Shown here: one piece after another, positions 26,114 through 35,052 of the stretch | Position numbering within the stretch: the stretch's first letter is position 1 | Layout of the letters: every line of letters begins with the position of its first letter | Translations under genes and position numbers: made by a program | Notes under the pieces: generated by a model | The model's database searches: none | Told to the model about the DNA's origin: nothing | What the model saw: the letters and a program-made list of their open reading frames with translations, nothing else | DNA from: Elusimicrobiota bacterium | Lineage (GTDB): Bacteria > Elusimicrobiota > Elusimicrobia > UBA1565 > UBA9628 | NCBI GenBank assembly: GCA_016182905.1 | Contig: JACPFR010000052.1 | Coordinates: 6,739 to 70,738 of the forward strand | Direction of reading: 5' to 3' | Length of the DNA stretch: 64,000 nt

Positions 26114-27616
26114 GTGAACCTCGCGCTGTACGCCTCGGTCTTCATGGTCGCCACCTGCGGGCTCATCTACGAGCTCGTGGCGGGCTCGCTCGCGAGCTAT
26201 CTTCTCGGCGACACGGTCCTGCAGTTCTCGACCGTCATCGGGGCGTACCTGTTCGCGATGGGCGTGGGCTCGTGGCTGTCGCGCTTCGTCGGCAAGGGAC
26301 TGGCCGCGCGGTTCGTGCAGGTCGAGCTGCTCGTGGGGCTCGTCGGCGGCTTCTCCTCGACCTTCCTGTTCCTGGCCTTCGCGCACGCGGCGAGCTTCCG
26401 CGTGCTGCTGTACCTCGTCGTCTTCGTCGTCGGGACCTTGGTCGGGCTCGAGATCCCGCTGATGATGCGCATCCTGAAGGACCGGCTGGACTTCAAGGAC
26501 CTGGTGTCGCAGGTCCTGACGATGGACTACATCGGCGCGCTGTTCGCCTCCGTGCTGTTCCCCCTGCTGCTGGTGCCGAGGCTCGGCCTGCTGAACACCG
26601 CGCTCCTCTTCGGCCTGCTGAACGTCGGCGTCGCGGCCGCGACCTTGTACCTCCTGCGCGACGCGATCCCGAGCCGCGCGGGCCTGAGCGCGGCGTGCGC
26701 GGCGGCGGCCGTCGCCCTGACCTGCGGGCTCGCCTTCTCGGGCGAGATCGCCTCGCGCGCCGAGGGCGACATGTACGCCGACGAGGTGATCTTCAGCAAG
26801 GCCTCCCCCTACCAGAAGATCGTGCTCACGCGCTGGAAGGAGGACTGGCGCCTGTTCCTCAACGGCAACCTCCAGTTCAGTACGATGGACGAGTACCGCT
26901 ACCACGAGGCGCTCGTGCATCCCGCGCTGTCCTCCCACGCCGCTCCGCGCCGCGTGCTGATCCTCGGCGGCGGCGACGGCCTCGCCGCCCGCGAGGTCCT
27001 GCGCGACGAGCGCGTCGGCTCGCTGACCCTGGTGGACCTCGATCCGGTGATGACCAAGCTGTTCACCGCGCACCCCGCGCTGTCCGCCCTCAACGGCCGC
27101 GCGCTGTCCGACGCGCGCACCACGGTCGTCAACGCGGACGCCTACCGCTGGCTCGAGAAGAACGACCTCCGGTTCGACGTCGTCATCGTCGACTTCCCGG
27201 ACCCTTCGAACTACGCCGTCGGCAAGCTGTACACGACCGCCTTCTACCGCCTGTTGAGCCGGCGCCTGGCGCCGGGAGGGATCGTCACCGTGCAGTCCAC
27301 CTCGCCGCTGTTCGCGCGGCAGACCTATTGGACCGTCGTGACGACGATGGAGGCGGCGGGCTTCGCGACGCGCCCCTATCACGCCTACGTCCCGTCGTTC
27401 GGCGAGTGGGGCTTCGTCATCGGCGCGACCGCGCCGTACCGGATCCCGGAGAAGTTCCCCGCCGGCCTGCGCTTCCTGACGCCCGGCATCGTCCGCGGCA
27501 TGTTCGATTTCCCCGCCGACATGGCCCGCGTCCCGGCCGAGCCGAACCGCCTCGACACGCAGGTGCTCGTCCAGCATTACGAGCGCGAATGGGCCCGCAT
27601 CAGCCACGGCGGATGA
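26114..27616 (+). CDS. membrane-anchored spermidine-synthase-like polyamine aminopropyltransferase
   Basis: About 7 N-terminal TM spans, then an SpeE core: Y.DE....K.S.YQKIV.T........LFLNG..Q.S..DEY.YHEALVHP...VLILGGGDGLA.REVL....V...TLVDLDP...DA......FDVVIVDFPDP. GTG start. Confidence 0.85.
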   Translation: MNLALYASVFMVATCGLIYELVAGSLASYLLGDTVLQFSTVIGAYLFAMGVGSWLSRFVGKGLAARFVQVELLVGLVGGFSSTFLFLAFAHAASFRVLLYLVVFVVGTLVGLEIPLMMRILKDRLDFKDLVSQVLTMDYIGALFASVLFPLLLVPRLGLLNTALLFGLLNVGVAAATLYLLRDAIPSRAGLSAACAAAAVALTCGLAFSGEIASRAEGDMYADEVIFSKASPYQKIVLTRWKEDWRLFLNGNLQFSTMDEYRYHEALVHPALSSHAAPRRVLILGGGDGLAAREVLRDERVGSLTLVDLDPVMTKLFTAHPALSALNGRALSDARTTVVNADAYRWLEKNDLRFDVVIVDFPDPSNYAVGKLYTTAFYRLLSRRLAPGGIVTVQSTSPLFARQTYWTVVTTMEAAGFATRPYHAYVPSFGEWGFVIGATAPYRIPEKFPAGLRFLTPGIVRGMFDFPADMARVPAEPNRLDTQVLVQHYEREWARISHGG

Positions 27617-29208
27617 CCGGCCTCACTCGCCGGGAGTTCATCGGCGGGGCGCTCGCCGCGGCGGCGCTCGGCGCCTGCGGGGTCGAGCGCGGGATCCCGG
27701 GCGAGCTGCTCGGCCCGGACCACGCGCTAGGCCATAAGCTGCGCGCGGGCGGCTTCGCGCCGCCCTCCACGACGGAGCGCGTGCCCGTCGTGATCGTCGG
27801 CGGCGGGACGGCCGGGCTGTCGGCGGGCTGGAAGCTCCTCCGCTCGGGCGAGGGCGGCTTCGTGGTCCTCGACCTCGAGCGGCGCGCCGGCGGCAACGCG
27901 GCGTGGGGCGAGAACGAGGTCAGCCGCTATCCGTGGGGCGCGCACTACCTTCCCGTCCCCGGTCCGCGCGCGCGCGCGGCGAGGGAGCTGCTGCGCGAGC
28001 TCAAGGTCATCACCGGCGAGGGCGACGGCAAGCCGGCGTACGACGAGAGCGTCCTGTGCCACGCCCCCGAGGAGCGGCTCTTCCTCCACGGGCGCTGGCA
28101 GGAAGGGCTGTATCCGCGCCTCGGCGCGACGGCGGCGGACCTGGCCGAGCGGGACCGCTTCCACGCCGAGATCGCCGCGCTGCGGCGGCGCGTCGGCCGC
28201 GACGGCCGGCCCGCCTTCGCGATCCCGATGGAGAACAGCTCCCGCGACCCGGACCTGCTCGCGCTCGACCGGATCACGATGGCCGAGTGGCTGGAGCGGC
28301 GGGGCTTCCGCTCTCCGGGCCTGCGCTGGTACGTCGACTACGCCTGCCGCGACGACTACGGCGGCTCGCCGTCGGAGGTCTCCGCCTGGGCCGGCCTTCA
28401 TTACTACGCCGCGCGCGGCGAGGGCGAGGACGACCGGTTCCTCGTCTGGCCGGAGGGCCTGGGCTTCCTCGCGCGCAAGCTGGCCGAGGCGCTCGGCCCG
28501 CGCGTGCGCGGCGGGGCGCTGGCCTACGACGTCGCGCCGGACGGCGACGGCGTGCGCGTGGATTACCTCGACGCCGCGTCGGGCTCCACCCGGCGCATCC
28601 TCGCCAAGCGCGCGATCGTCTGCGCCCCCCGCTTCGCCGCGCGCCGCATCGTCGCGCCGCTGCGCGAGGACCGGTCGCCTTCGGGCTTCGCCTACGCGCC
28701 TTGGTTCATCGCGAACCTCACCGTGCAGGACCCGCCGGCCGGCCTCGGCGTCTCTCCCGCGTGGGACAACATGATCTACGGCGGGAAAGGCCTCGGCTAC
28801 GTCGACGCGACCCATCAGAGCTTCTCCCAGGACCGCCGCCGCCAGGTCTGGACCTACTACCTGCCGCTCGTGGGCGACCCCGACGCCCAGCGCGCCGCCG
28901 CGTTCAAGAGGAGCCTCGCCGAGTGGCGGGAGCTGTGCCTGAGCGACCTGGAGCGCGCGCTGCCGGGCCTGCGCGAGCGCGTGACGCGGCTCGACGGGTG
29001 GGTCTGGGGCCACGGCATGATCCTGCCGCGGCCCGGCTTCATCTGGGGCCCCGAGCGCGCCGCGGCGGCCAAGCCGATCGGCCCGATCCATTTCGCCCAC
29101 TCCGACCTGTCGGGCCTCTCGATCTTCGAGGAGGCCCAGGACCGGGGCATCCGCGCCGCCGAAGCCGTGCTGTCCGCCCTGGGCAAGCCCTATCGTTCCA
29201 GCCTGTGA
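27613..29208 (+). CDS. TAT-signal FAD/NAD(P)-binding oxidoreductase (amine-oxidase-like)
   Basis: RREFIGGALAAAALGAC is a twin-arginine signal with a possible lipobox Cys. VVIVGGGTAGLSAGWKL is a dinucleotide-binding fold. The start overlaps the SpeE-like stop. Confidence 0.78.
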   Translation: MTGLTRREFIGGALAAAALGACGVERGIPGELLGPDHALGHKLRAGGFAPPSTTERVPVVIVGGGTAGLSAGWKLLRSGEGGFVVLDLERRAGGNAAWGENEVSRYPWGAHYLPVPGPRARAARELLRELKVITGEGDGKPAYDESVLCHAPEERLFLHGRWQEGLYPRLGATAADLAERDRFHAEIAALRRRVGRDGRPAFAIPMENSSRDPDLLALDRITMAEWLERRGFRSPGLRWYVDYACRDDYGGSPSEVSAWAGLHYYAARGEGEDDRFLVWPEGLGFLARKLAEALGPRVRGGALAYDVAPDGDGVRVDYLDAASGSTRRILAKRAIVCAPRFAARRIVAPLREDRSPSGFAYAPWFIANLTVQDPPAGLGVSPAWDNMIYGGKGLGYVDATHQSFSQDRRRQVWTYYLPLVGDPDAQRAAAFKRSLAEWRELCLSDLERALPGLRERVTRLDGWVWGHGMILPRPGFIWGPERAAAAKPIGPIHFAHSDLSGLSIFEEAQDRGIRAAEAVLSALGKPYRSSL

Positions 29209-29261
29209 TAGCGCCGCGGCTGGCACGACCTGATGGCCGAGACGCGCGTCGTCGCCGCGGA

Positions 29262-30269
29262 CTAGGGCGCCGAGGCCGCGCGCTCGCGGAGGGCCTTGAG
29301 CCGCCCCGCCTGGCGCGCGTAGCGCGCCGTCAGGAACGCGCCGTACAGCGGGATCCAGGCCGCCCTCCGTCCCTCGGTCTCCAGGCGCGCGATCGCGGCG
29401 CTCGTCTCCTCATCGACGGCGCGCAGGGCCGCCCTCCGCCGCTCCGGGTCGGGCCGGGCGCGCAGGGCCATGAGGCCGCGCGGCAGGTCGGCGGCGAAGC
29501 CGAAGTGATCCGACAGCGCGGGATCGAAGACGAGCCGCGCCTTCGCGTCGAGGCGCCCCGTCGGGAGCAGGACGTGGTCGATGCGCTTGGGCCGTCTGGG
29601 GTCGCCGCAGGCCTCCTTTCCCGCGGGCGCGCACGGGTCGTCCAGGCCGAGCAGGTCGAGGAACAGGTCGAACTCCCGGTCGCCGTGGCCCGAGTTCAGG
29701 TCGCCGAGGATCACGAACGGGCGGTCCTGCGACAGCTCGACGACGCCCTCGGCGAGCTCGAAGAGCTCGGTCATGCGGAGCATGCGATACCGGGTCTCGC
29801 GGTAATCGGCCAAGGTGTGCGCGGCGTAGAAGTCGAGCTCGCCCCACGGCGTCGCGACGCGCGCGAACAGGAAGCCCTTGCTCGGCACGGTCTCCCCCTG
29901 GAACAGGTGGCGCAGGGACGGCCGCACCGTGCCGAACGCGCGCTCCTCCGCGGCCAGGATGGGCCAGCGCGACAGGATGGTCAGGCCGGAGCGGAAGGCG
30001 ACCCGGCGAGGAAAGCGCGCGGCGTGAGGCAGGCCCGCCTCGCGCGCCAGCGCCGCGCTGTCGCCGTCGCGCCACAGCTCCTGGAGACCGACGACGTCGT
30101 AGCCGCCCGCCGCGATCTCCCGTCCCGCGGCCTTCATCCGCCGCGCCACCCCCGGATGCACGAGCGGGATGCCCGCCGCGTTGAAGGTCAGGACCTTGAT
30201 CGCCTTGGGCGGCGCCTCCGCCGCGCCCGCCAGCGACGCGGCGAGCAGGAGGACGGTCAGGGCCGCCAT
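29262..30269 (-). CDS. secreted endonuclease/exonuclease/phosphatase (EEP) family protein, sphingomyelinase-like
   Basis: Signal peptide MAALTVLLLAASLAGA. VLTFNAAG, VVGLQELW, GDLNS and IDHVL are EEP catalytic blocks. ATG at 30269 was chosen inside the longer ORF. Confidence 0.78.
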   Translation of the reverse strand: MAALTVLLLAASLAGAAEAPPKAIKVLTFNAAGIPLVHPGVARRMKAAGREIAAGGYDVVGLQELWRDGDSAALAREAGLPHAARFPRRVAFRSGLTILSRWPILAAEERAFGTVRPSLRHLFQGETVPSKGFLFARVATPWGELDFYAAHTLADYRETRYRMLRMTELFELAEGVVELSQDRPFVILGDLNSGHGDREFDLFLDLLGLDDPCAPAGKEACGDPRRPKRIDHVLLPTGRLDAKARLVFDPALSDHFGFAADLPRGLMALRARPDPERRRAALRAVDEETSAAIARLETEGRRAAWIPLYGAFLTARYARQAGRLKALRERAASAP

Positions 30270-30778
30270 TCGCCTTTGCGCAGACGCTCGAGCAGGAAGT
30301 AGTTCGTTGCGGGGCGCGCCGGGCCGAGCGCCAAGGTCGCCAGGCCGAGGAGCACGTCGGGCTCGCCCGGGTCGGGCTGGACGAGGTAGTCGCGCAGGAA
30401 GCGCTCCGGCTTCCAGAAGGCGTTGCGCGGGCTCGAGCCGTAGTCGAGGAGCAAGGAGGCCGGGAGGCGCAGGTCGGGCGCGACGGGCGGGCCCACGCGG
30501 TAGAAGCCGAACGGCGCGCCCGCGCCCGTCCACTCCGCGTCGAAGCCGTCCTGGCGCGGCGGACGGTTGTAGCCCTCGAGCTGGTCCTGGGCGTTCATGA
30601 AAAAGCCCTTCACGAACTTGCGTATGCCGAGCAGGGCCAGGACGCGCGGGTGGTTCCAGCCGCGGAACTCCCAGCCGGCGAGGCTCTCCCGGGAAGGCGC
30701 GCGTCCGGCCGCCATCAGCGCGCCGAGCTCGGCGGCGCTCATGTCCCTCATGCGCGCGAACAGCGGGCGGTGCTCCAT
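30257..30778 (-). CDS. hypothetical protein (173 aa), translationally coupled to the GMC oxidoreductase
   Basis: Its ATG at 30778 overlaps the stop of the GMC gene (ATGA), and its own 3' end overlaps the EEP gene start. No recognised motif. Confidence 0.5.
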   Translation of the reverse strand: MEHRPLFARMRDMSAAELGALMAAGRAPSRESLAGWEFRGWNHPRVLALLGIRKFVKGFFMNAQDQLEGYNRPPRQDGFDAEWTGAGAPFGFYRVGPPVAPDLRLPASLLLDYGSSPRNAFWKPERFLRDYLVQPDPGEPDVLLGLATLALGPARPATNYFLLERLRKGEWRP

Positions 30779-32265
30779 CAGGTCCTCTCCGCCAGGCGCT
30801 CGGCGCACAGGCGCGCGACGGCCATGATCGCGTGCTGGGGATTGACTCCGAGGTTGGTCGGGAACACCGAGGAGTCGGCGACGACGAGGTTGGGGACGCC
30901 GTGGACGGCGAAATCGGTCCCCACCGCGCCCCCCCCGGCGCGGGCGGCCATGCGCGCGGTGCCGAACAGGTGCGAGAGGATCCAGGAGTAGCAGCGCGGA
31001 TCGTCGGGCCCCGCGTCGAGGAGCTTCTCGTCGCCGGGCTTGAGGGCCTCCGGCAGTCCGTATATGCCGGGCCACACCTCGCGCGCGCCCGCGGCGAACA
31101 GGAGCTCCGCGGCGAAGCGCAGGCCGCGGCGGATCTGCATCATGTCCCGGCGGCCGAGGTCGTAGCGGATGTCGGCGCCGAACGGGCCCTCGCGCACCGA
31201 GCCCTCGGCCCAGGCGCGCGTCTGCACGGCGAAGATCGCCGTTCGCTTGGCCAGAGCCATCTTCTCCTTCCAGCGCCGCCCCGCTCCCGGCAGGCGCGCG
31301 AAGACGATCTCCGGCGGCAGGCCGATCGTCTCGATCTTGACGCGCCAGTCGCGGCGGTGGTGCACGGAGTCGAAGCCCTGGGTCGCGCCGCGCCACAGGC
31401 TCGCGGGCGCGTCGAACAGGCCGGTCAGCGGCGTGCCCGGGTGCGCCATGAAATGCTCCCCGAGATGGGCGGAGCGCACGCCGCTGCGCTCGAGCAGCAG
31501 CGGCGACTGGATCGCCGACGCCGCGACGACGACGGCGCGCCGCGCCATGGCCCGGAACGCGGGACGCCCGGGAGCGGAGAGCCGTCCCTCGACGCCGAGC
31601 GCCCGCCCGTCCTCGATCAGAACGCGCCGGGCCTCGGCGCCGGTGACGATCACCGCCCCCTTCGCCTCGGCCTGCGGGAGATAGGTCGTCAGCATGCTGC
31701 GCTTGGCCCCGCTCGGGCAGCCGGTGAGGCATTGCCCCGTGGCCTTGCAGCCCGAGGCGTAGCGCCTCGTCGGGTCGGCGCGGACGCCGAGCTTCCTCGC
31801 GCCGTCGCGCATGAGGCGGTTGAAGCCCCCCCACGCCGCCTCGGGCGTGGGCGCCGCGTCGAGGTCCTTCTCGATCTCGTCCCAATAACGGTGGAGCTCC
31901 TTGGCCGGGAGCGCGTCGCCGAGGCCGAGGGCCGCCCATTCGGCGAACACGTCATCGGGCACGCGCCAGGCGATCGCGGAGTTGATCACCGTGCTGCCGC
32001 CGAGCACGCGGCCCTGGATGACCGGGATGAAGGCCCGGCCGCGCGCGACCTGGCCGTTCATGCCCCGGAACATCGTCTTGAACGCGCCCCAGGAGTCGTC
32101 GCCGAACGACTTCGGGTCGATCGCGGGGCCCTCCTCGAGCACGCATACCGAGCGTCCCGTTCCGGCGAGCGCGCGCGCCGCGGTGGCGCCGGCGGCGCCG
32201 GAGCCCACGACGACGTAATCGAACGCCTCGTCGAAGGCGGCGAGCGTCGCGCCGTCAGCCCGCAT
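30778..32265 (-). CDS. GMC-family FAD-dependent oxidoreductase
   Basis: FDYVVVGSGAAGATAARAL is the N-terminal FAD fold. GG.TVINSA and the C-terminal block ...HLFGTARM...V.D......GV.NL.V.D.S.FPT..G.NP are GMC signatures. Confidence 0.87.
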   Translation of the reverse strand: MRADGATLAAFDEAFDYVVVGSGAAGATAARALAGTGRSVCVLEEGPAIDPKSFGDDSWGAFKTMFRGMNGQVARGRAFIPVIQGRVLGGSTVINSAIAWRVPDDVFAEWAALGLGDALPAKELHRYWDEIEKDLDAAPTPEAAWGGFNRLMRDGARKLGVRADPTRRYASGCKATGQCLTGCPSGAKRSMLTTYLPQAEAKGAVIVTGAEARRVLIEDGRALGVEGRLSAPGRPAFRAMARRAVVVAASAIQSPLLLERSGVRSAHLGEHFMAHPGTPLTGLFDAPASLWRGATQGFDSVHHRRDWRVKIETIGLPPEIVFARLPGAGRRWKEKMALAKRTAIFAVQTRAWAEGSVREGPFGADIRYDLGRRDMMQIRRGLRFAAELLFAAGAREVWPGIYGLPEALKPGDEKLLDAGPDDPRCYSWILSHLFGTARMAARAGGGAVGTDFAVHGVPNLVVADSSVFPTNLGVNPQHAIMAVARLCAERLAERT

Positions 32266-32626
32266 CGTAGCCCACCGCGCGGCGCACTTCCTTGGTCCCG
32301 CCGTAGCCGAAGCTCGTCACGGCCTTGAGCAGGAGGAAGACCTGGCGGATCAGGTAGAACCGGCTCTTCCCCATCGCGCACAGCGCGTCCTCGCGCGCCT
32401 CCGGCGGCAAGCGGTCGAGCGGCGGCAGGCGGCCGATGAGGAGCGGCGAGAGCCAGGCCGCGGCGAAGAGGGCGGCGCGCCAGCCGAGGCGCATCGGCAG
32501 CGGCGCGTCCTTCGAGAAGCCGGATTCGAAATCCTCGAAGCCCGCCTCGAACGCCCCGGGAAGACCCTCGGGCCCGCCCGGGGGCAGGAGCGCGTCGAGG
32601 ACGGCGCGATCCCGGGCGCCGATCAT
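32255..32626 (-). CDS. small hypothetical protein preceding the GMC oxidoreductase (possible accessory subunit)
   Basis: 123 aa with one hydrophobic span (AALFAAAWLSPLLIG). Start/stop overlaps on both sides. Confidence 0.5.
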   Translation of the reverse strand: MIGARDRAVLDALLPPGGPEGLPGAFEAGFEDFESGFSKDAPLPMRLGWRAALFAAAWLSPLLIGRLPPLDRLPPEAREDALCAMGKSRFYLIRQVFLLLKAVTSFGYGGTKEVRRAVGYDAG

Positions 32627-33234
32627 GGCAGGAACTTGAGGCGGGTCTCGTCGAAGAGCGGCGTGTCCTGGCCGGCCCAGACGAAGGCGAAGCGGCGCGG
32701 GTTCTCCAGGGCGTGGAACTCGAAGTAGGTCAGGCTGTCGGCCGACTCGCCCAGGTCGCCGCACGGCGGCGGCGGGACGTCGGCGCCGGCCTTCGCCGCG
32801 GCCTTCGCGGCGTACTCCTCGTCGGGCGAGATCGTGAAGGCGGCCTTGCTCAGGACGAGGTGCGGGACGTGCTTGGCCACGACGGAGCAGTGCCTGCGCT
32901 GGTAGCGGGAGAGCTTCTTGAAGGCGACGCGGCGGATCGCCTCGTCGGGGCCCTCGTCGGCCTTCTTCTCGAACATCGAGACGACCGGGAAGACGTCCTC
33001 CTTCTTGCCCGTGTCGGCCATCGACTGATAGAGGGAGGTCTTGCCCGCGCCGAAGTCGATGACGCGGAACCCGAAGTCGCAGCGCTGGACCGGGACCTCG
33101 AGGCCGAGCTCGGGCGACGAGAACAGCCGCCACGCGCAGTCCTTCTCGGCCGGGCGCGAGGCGAGCGGCGGCGGCGGAGCCGCGGCGAGAGCCGCGAACG
33201 CGGCCAGCGCCAGCGATCCCGCCGCGAGCCTCAC
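32623..33234 (-). CDS. secreted hypothetical protein
   Basis: A GTG start at 33234 gives the signal-like N-terminus VRLAAGSLALAAFAALAAA. It overlaps the transketolase C-subunit stop. Contains four Cys. Confidence 0.45.
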   Translation of the reverse strand: MRLAAGSLALAAFAALAAAPPPPLASRPAEKDCAWRLFSSPELGLEVPVQRCDFGFRVIDFGAGKTSLYQSMADTGKKEDVFPVVSMFEKKADEGPDEAIRRVAFKKLSRYQRRHCSVVAKHVPHLVLSKAAFTISPDEEYAAKAAAKAGADVPPPPCGDLGESADSLTYFEFHALENPRRFAFVWAGQDTPLFDETRLKFLP

Positions 33235-34175
33235 GCGGGGTTCTTGAGGCAGGCCTCGGCGATGCTCGGCGCCGTCAGGCCGTACTTCTCGTACAGCTGC
33301 TCGGGCGTGGCGGACTCGCCGAAGGAGCGCAGGCCGACTCGGACGACCGGGCAGGAGATCCCCCGCTCGGCGATCGCCTCGCACACCGCGGAGCCGAGGC
33401 CGCCGTGGACGTTGTGGTCCTCGACCGCGACGATGCGCTGGGAGTCCGCGGCGAGCCGGGCGACGGTCTCGCCGTCGAAGGGAAGGAGCGTGGACGCGTT
33501 GGCGACGCGCACCGCGAAGCCCTTGGCCTCGAGGAGCTTGGCCGCCTCGACCGCGTGCGGTACGGGGCCGCCCGAGGCGATGATGGTCGCCTGATACTTC
33601 GCCGGTTTCTTGACCGGCTCGTACACCACATCGATCTTGTTGGGCTGCCACTTGTAGTCCGGGCCGTGGACGTCGGGCATCTTCTGGCGGGTGAGGCGGA
33701 TGTACACCGGCCCCTTGTGCTCGATCATCCAGCGCACGGCCTGCCGGGTCTCCGCGTGGTCCGCCGGCTGGAGTATGGTCATGTTCGGGAGCGCGCGCAT
33801 CGCGGCCACGTCCTCGAGGCCCATCTGGGAGGTGCCGTCCTCGCCGATGCCGATGCCGGCGTGCGTGCCGACGAGCTTCATGTTGGTCTGGTTGTAGGCG
33901 GCGCTGACGCGGATGGACTCGACACGGCCGATCAGGAAGCAGGCGAAGCTCGTCAGGACCGGGATCTTCCCGGAGAGCGCCAGGCCCGCGGCCACGCCGA
34001 TCATGTTCTGCTCGGCGATGCCCAGCTCGAAGTGCCGGTGCGGGTACTTCTTCATGAAGGGCTGGGTCATCGTGGACTTGGAGAGGTCGGCGTCCAGGAC
34101 GACGAGGTTCTCGTTGGTCGCGGCGAGTTCGAGGATGGTCTCGCCGAAGGATTCGCGCGTCGCTTTAGCGGCCAT
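33231..34175 (-). CDS. transketolase, C-terminal (pyrimidine-binding) subunit
   Basis: ATRESFGETILELA....N.VVLDADLSKST......FELGIAEQNM.GVAAGLA..GKIP..TSFA.F...R..E.IR. ATG at 34175. Confidence 0.9.
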   Translation of the reverse strand: MAAKATRESFGETILELAATNENLVVLDADLSKSTMTQPFMKKYPHRHFELGIAEQNMIGVAAGLALSGKIPVLTSFACFLIGRVESIRVSAAYNQTNMKLVGTHAGIGIGEDGTSQMGLEDVAAMRALPNMTILQPADHAETRQAVRWMIEHKGPVYIRLTRQKMPDVHGPDYKWQPNKIDVVYEPVKKPAKYQATIIASGGPVPHAVEAAKLLEAKGFAVRVANASTLLPFDGETVARLAADSQRIVAVEDHNVHGGLGSAVCEAIAERGISCPVVRVGLRSFGESATPEQLYEKYGLTAPSIAEACLKNPA

Positions 34176-35001
34176 TCTTGATCTCCATGCAAGCCTTGTC
34201 GGCGTCTTCCTTCTTCGGGGCGTTCCCGTGCCAGGCGATGTTGTGCTCCATGAAGGAGACGCCCTTGCCCTTGACCGTGTCGGCGACGATGACCTGGGGC
34301 TTGCCGTCTTTGGCGGCCCAGGCACGCGCAAGGGCATTTTCGATGGCCGCCAAATCATGACCATCTATCGCCTGGACCTCCCAGTTGAACGCGCGCAGCT
34401 TGTCGGTCAGGGGGTCGATGTCCATGACCTCCTTGACCGGGCCGTCGATCTGGCCGTTGTTGAAGTCCACGATCGCGATGAGGTTGTCGAGCTTGAACTT
34501 GGGCGCGGACATGAAGGCCTCCCAGCACTGGCCTTCCTGCATCTCGCCGTCGCCGAGGACGACCACGGTCTTCCAGTCCTTCTTGTCGGCCTTGGCGGCG
34601 AGCGCCATGCCGACGCCGACGGAGAGGCCCTGGCCGAGCGAGCCCGTCGAGAACTCGATGCCGGGCATGCGCAGGCGGTCCGGGTGGCCCTGCAGCGGGC
34701 TGCCGAGCTTGCGCAGGTTGAGCAGGTCGGCGGTCGGGAAATAGCCGCGGTGCGCCATCACCGCGTACAGCGCCGGGCACGCGTGCCCCTTCGAGAGGAT
34801 GAAGCGGTCGCGGCCCTCCCAGGCGGGCTGCTTCGGGTCGTGCTTGAGGAACTTCCAGTACAGCACGGTCAAGATGTCGATGATCGACAGCGAGCCGCCG
34901 GGGTGTCCGTTGCCGGCGGCCTCGATCATGCGGATGATGTCGTGGCGAAGGTGCTTCGTCAGGGACTTCAGGTCCGTCGGGGCGGCGGTCGAGGTGGGCA
35001 T
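34165..35001 (-). CDS. transketolase, N-terminal (thiamine-diphosphate-binding) subunit
   Basis: GNGHPGGSLS..DIL..LY...L.....P.W..RDRFILSKGH..PALYA...GSLGQGLS.G.GMA......V.LGDGE..EG..WEA. Confidence 0.9.
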   Translation of the reverse strand: MPTSTAAPTDLKSLTKHLRHDIIRMIEAAGNGHPGGSLSIIDILTVLYWKFLKHDPKQPAWEGRDRFILSKGHACPALYAVMAHRGYFPTADLLNLRKLGSPLQGHPDRLRMPGIEFSTGSLGQGLSVGVGMALAAKADKKDWKTVVVLGDGEMQEGQCWEAFMSAPKFKLDNLIAIVDFNNGQIDGPVKEVMDIDPLTDKLRAFNWEVQAIDGHDLAAIENALARAWAAKDGKPQVIVADTVKGKGVSFMEHNIAWHGNAPKKEDADKACMEIKNGR

Positions 35002-35052
35002 GGATTTATTCTACAAAAACCCGGCGCGCCGTCTATGTGGTAAAATGCCGGC

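Noticed and set aside
33231-35001. Transketolase split into two ORFs, considered as a possible frameshifted pseudogene.
   Set aside because: Both halves are complete, with their own starts and an 11-nt overlap. Split N/C-subunit transketolases are a well-known natural arrangement.
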